Position numbers and translations under genes: made by a program
Source of the DNA: a virus
Reading direction: 5' to 3' (one strand)
DNA: 42,940 bases
Virus record (IMG/VR): IMGVR_UViG_3300045988_008255
Shown here: positions 40,608 to 42,940 of the stretch, piece after piece
Layout of the letters: every line of letters begins with the position of its first letter
Numbering within the stretch: the first letter of the stretch is position 1
Notes under the pieces: model-generated
Database searches by the model: none
The model's input: only the letters and a program-made list of their open reading frames with translations
Told to the model about the DNA's origin: nothing

Positions 40608-40634
40608 CAATTTTAACAGAATGGAGGTGTGTAT

Positions 40635-40835
40635 ATGCCTGAAAAATGGACAGGCGTACTGATCGGGAAAATGCACAATGCGCGTGTTTCATACGACGAT
40701 CTTGCCGCAGAGCTTGGACTTACAAAAGGCTATCTGTCCATGATCTTGAACGGGAAAAGAAATCCGCCGGGTGCGAGGAAGCGCTTGGAAGACGCGGTTA
40801 AGGCCGTGATCGAACGAAGAAAGGAGGAAAAATGA
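40635..40835 (+). CDS. Cro-like small HTH protein
   Basis: 66 aa from ATG 40635 after GGAGG. VSYDDLAAELGLTKGYLSMILNGKRNP HTH. Confidence 0.65.
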   Translation: MPEKWTGVLIGKMHNARVSYDDLAAELGLTKGYLSMILNGKRNPPGARKRLEDAVKAVIERRKEEK

Positions 40836-41032
40836 CGCTGGACGATATCCGGGCAATGTCAAAGCCCACAATCCTCGCAAGCGAGGCGGCGCAGGTGCTC
40901 GGCTGTGACCCGCAATGGCTTCGCTTGATGGCGCGGGAACGGCCTGAAAAGCTGGGCTTCCCGGTCTGCTGCACAAGCAAGCACAGAGTAAAGATCCCGA
41001 GAGAGCCGTTTTTGCGGTTTCTCGGAGCATGA
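40832..41032 (+). CDS. Excisionase-family (MerR-like) HTH protein, tentative
   Basis: 66 aa. ILASEAAQVLGCDPQWLRLMARE...FPV......RVKIPREPFLRFL fits the excisionase-type HTH pattern. Confidence 0.5.
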   Translation: MTLDDIRAMSKPTILASEAAQVLGCDPQWLRLMARERPEKLGFPVCCTSKHRVKIPREPFLRFLGA

Positions 41033-41088
41033 GGAGGAACAAATGAAAGTTAGAACTGCCGGGAACAGGAACAGAAGGAGGATGCAGC

Positions 41089-41340
41089 ATGGCGGAAGTG
41101 AAGACCTACACCCTGACGCTGGATGCGCAGGAGCTGCATGATCTGATCGAGGCGGTGCTGGTCTGCGAGTGCCAGGCAGCGCAGATCATTAACGGACTCA
41201 AGCGAAAGGGACTGGATCTGGACGCGCAGAAGCTCGTGACACAAAACGCCCGTCTGGCGCGTCTCGTCAGGCGGATGCAGGAGACGAAGGAGGATAAGCG
41301 GAATGCGGAAACTGATTCTCAGCGGAGACGATTGGTTTGA
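41089..41340 (+). CDS. Hypothetical protein
   Basis: 83 aa. SD GAAGGAGGA. Confidence 0.5.
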   Translation: MAEVKTYTLTLDAQELHDLIEAVLVCECQAAQIINGLKRKGLDLDAQKLVTQNARLARLVRRMQETKEDKRNAETDSQRRRLV

Positions 41341-41551
41341 GCTGAAGCACACGCTGGAGCTACTTGTGATCGCGACCCACAATGAGGCCAATGAGTTTGA
41401 GGCAATGGCCGCACACCAGCCCGCGGAAATAGCGGAGCGGGCTGCAAACCTCGCAAAACGCCGCCGGGAAAGGATGGAGAACTATAAACGGCTTATGGCA
41501 CTGGTAGAATCGGCAGAACGGCTGCCGGATACGAAGGAGGACGCAGAATGA
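41303..41551 (+). CDS. Hypothetical protein
   Basis: 82 aa. SD GAAGGAGGA. Helical. Confidence 0.5.
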   Translation: MRKLILSGDDWFELKHTLELLVIATHNEANEFEAMAAHQPAEIAERAANLAKRRRERMENYKRLMALVESAERLPDTKEDAE

Positions 41552-41793
41552 GAACCAATCTTGCAGAACGGCTCGGGTATGAGCCGGAGGAAACGACCGA
41601 GGAGCGCCGGGAGCGGCTGCGTGAAGAATTGGAGGCCCGCAAGGCGGCGCGGCGGATCGTTAAGGGCCTGTGCCTTTGGACGAGCGGCGCGGCGATGATC
41701 CTGTCGGCGGTGGCCGGGATGGCGGAAATGACGTATGAATGCGTTCTGACCGGTCTGGTCGCACTGGCAGCGCTGCTGTACGGGCTGGCATGA
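41548..41793 (+). CDS. Hypothetical membrane protein
   Basis: 81 aa. Charged N-half, then two hydrophobic segments (LCLWTSGAAMILSAVAGMA and VLTGLVALAALLYGL). Confidence 0.5.
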   Translation: MRTNLAERLGYEPEETTEERRERLREELEARKAARRIVKGLCLWTSGAAMILSAVAGMAEMTYECVLTGLVALAALLYGLA

Positions 41794-41963
41794 CGGAAGC
41801 GGATCTGCTGAAGACTCCCTGCGAGATCTGCAGAGAGCGCGGGCTATGGCGCTCCGGCTGCACCACAGACGGCCGATTCTCCTGCGGCATCTATTGGGAA
41901 ATCCTGTTTGAGCAATGGGACGCGACCTGCAAGCTTATCCGAGAGCGCACGAAAAAGAAATGA
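41790..41963 (+). CDS. Hypothetical small Cys-containing protein
   Basis: 57 aa from ATG 41790 (ATGA overlap). Confidence 0.4.
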   Translation: MTEADLLKTPCEICRERGLWRSGCTTDGRFSCGIYWEILFEQWDATCKLIRERTKKK

Positions 41964-42038
41964 CCCCTGCCGCGCTGCAACGCGACAGAGGCCGAAAGGA
42001 AAATTACGTTGCCCTTATTATAGGGCAGAAAGGAACCT

Positions 42039-42380
42039 ATGTCAAGTTTAACGGATTCCCGCGTCCGGCATGGTGCGAAAGCCTGCGTAGACGCGGTACG
42101 GGCTGACTACCCGAAGTTCAACAAATGCCTGCTTTCTCAGTGCGAAGCGCCGGAGAAATACGGCGTGCAGCTTGTTCCGGAGGCAGCTGCGGCGATCAAG
42201 GCGCTGGACGCGCCCAAGAACCGCGCAGATCGCCGGAAGAAGACGAACCGGTATTACTTCCGCCTGACGGATGATCAGGCTAAGAAGCTGGACAGGCTTC
42301 TGAAAAAGCTGGGCTATTCTACGGTTCAGAGCTTCTGTGAAGCGCTGATCCGCCAGGAGGTGAGCCGGAATGGCGTATGA
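42039..42380 (+). CDS. Hypothetical protein with C-terminal ribbon-helix-helix-like segment
   Basis: 113 aa. YYFRLTDDQAKKLDRLLKKLGYSTVQSFCEALI resembles an RHH motif. Confidence 0.45.
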   Translation: MSSLTDSRVRHGAKACVDAVRADYPKFNKCLLSQCEAPEKYGVQLVPEAAAAIKALDAPKNRADRRKKTNRYYFRLTDDQAKKLDRLLKKLGYSTVQSFCEALIRQEVSRNGV

Positions 42381-42517
42381 CGGTGAAAACCTGTACTTGA
42401 GCATTCCAGAGCCGGAGTATGGGCCGGACGAGCCGGAGGACGAAGATCGTTATTTGTTCCCGCCGCTGTGGCTGGCGGGAAAGATGAAACAGGAGGATCA
42501 ACATGAGAGTTTATAAA
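42371..42517 (+). CDS. Small acidic hypothetical protein
   Basis: 48 aa (MAYDGENLYLSIPEPEYGPDEPEDEDRYLFPPLWLAGK...). Overlaps both neighbours. Below the track cutoff. Confidence 0.3.
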
Positions 42518-42940
42518 GGCACGGATAAGGATATGAAGTGCCGCGGGTTTCAATACAAGCTTGGTGAAGCCGCTGTTTTTGATGGAGAGCCGCATCTTTG
42601 CAGGGCTGGCCTGCACGCGTGCGAACAACCGATTGATGTGCTGAACCACTATGCACCGAACAAAAGCCGATATTTTGAGGCAGACGCCGAAGAAGTAACT
42701 GACGAGCGTGAATCGGATGATAGTAAAATCGTCGCGAAAAAAATGACGTTGAAAGCTGAGATCGGCGTTCCTGGCCTCGTGAAAGCGCAGATCGAATATG
42801 TCAAGAGACAAATCGGATTTGATGATGCGATCAAGCGCGCGAATGCAGAGAAAAAGAATCATGCCACAGGCTATCAGGGCGCGGCCTCCACCACAGGCTA
42901 TCAGGGCGCGGCCTCCACCACAGGCTATCAGGGCGCGGCC
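42503..42940 (+). CDS. 5' part of wrap-around gene: phage protein with Cys/His N-domain and (T/A)TG(Y/D)(Q/R)GAAS 9-aa repeats
   Basis: ATG 42503 after AGGAGGA. MRVYKGTDKDMKCRGFQYKLGE...LCRAGLHACEQPIDVL is a recurring phage domain (I recall it as a DUF, number uncertain). No stop before the window end; the frame matches 3..293. Confidence 0.65.
   Translation, partial: MRVYKGTDKDMKCRGFQYKLGEAAVFDGEPHLCRAGLHACEQPIDVLNHYAPNKSRYFEADAEEVTDERESDDSKIVAKKMTLKAEIGVPGLVKAQIEYVKRQIGFDDAIKRANAEKKNHATGYQGAASTTGYQGAASTTGYQGAA
42864..42940. repeat. 27-bp tandem repeat, 2.85 units (coding), identical to window start
   Basis: Units at 42864-42890, 42891-42917 and 42918-42940. The last 23 nt equal bases 1-23. 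Confidence 0.9.

Larger units (their letters stand above)
1..42940. mobile_element. Complete temperate siphovirus-type phage genome, circularly permuted in this window
   Basis: Full module set is present: recombination/replication, terS-terL-portal-scaffold-MCP, tail with tape measure and no sheath, holin-endolysin, cargo, attP plus integrase, cI/cro-like switch. Last 23 nt are identical to first 23 nt. Confidence 0.85.

Overview
This 42,940-nt window appears to be one complete, circularly permuted genome of a temperate siphovirus-type phage. It has an HK97-fold capsid and a tape measure but no sheath. GC content is fairly high and genes carry strong Shine-Dalgarno (SD) sites, so the host is probably a Clostridia-class Firmicute. 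The last 23 nt repeat the first 23 nt inside a 27-bp in-frame tandem repeat, so the window wraps within a gene. Gene order: (1) 9-aa-repeat protein, then a recombination module of YqaJ-type exonuclease, AP2-like insert, RecT and SSB. (2) A replication-organizer-like gene with internal iterons. (3) A PAPS-reductase-family PP-loop enzyme, ASCH, RuvC-like resolvase, MazG-like NTP pyrophosphatase and many small Cys-rich early ORFs. (4) A sigma-r4-like late regulator, a terminator and a 58-bp palindrome. (5) terS, terL, portal, a Gly-rich plus DUF4417 insert, a minor capsid gene with an apparent +1 frameshift, scaffold, and MCP with a Big_2 tail. (6) Neck, major tail and chaperones, an opposite-strand DUF4352 membrane moron, tape measure, baseplate, and several fibre/RBP genes (BspA-type LRR, Asp-box propeller, truncated paralogue). 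(7) Holin-like genes and endolysin. (8) A second sigma-r4-like regulator and an eight-gene cargo cassette of Q/N/G/Cys-rich proteins of unknown role. (9) attP carrying the 3' two-thirds of tRNA-Ser(GCU) with its terminator and arm repeats. (10) Integrase, a membrane-anchored XRE regulator, a zinc-ribbon membrane protein and a cI-like repressor. (11) A 590-bp non-coding switch region with near-consensus promoters pointing at each other, then cro/xis-like genes. The best candidates for something undescribed are the cargo cassette (32061-35508), the colliding-promoter switch with an SD-led 18-codon ORF, the DUF4417 insert in the head module, and the PP-loop/ASCH/NTP-PPase early cluster. All functional calls rest on motif recognition by eye; no database search was possible.
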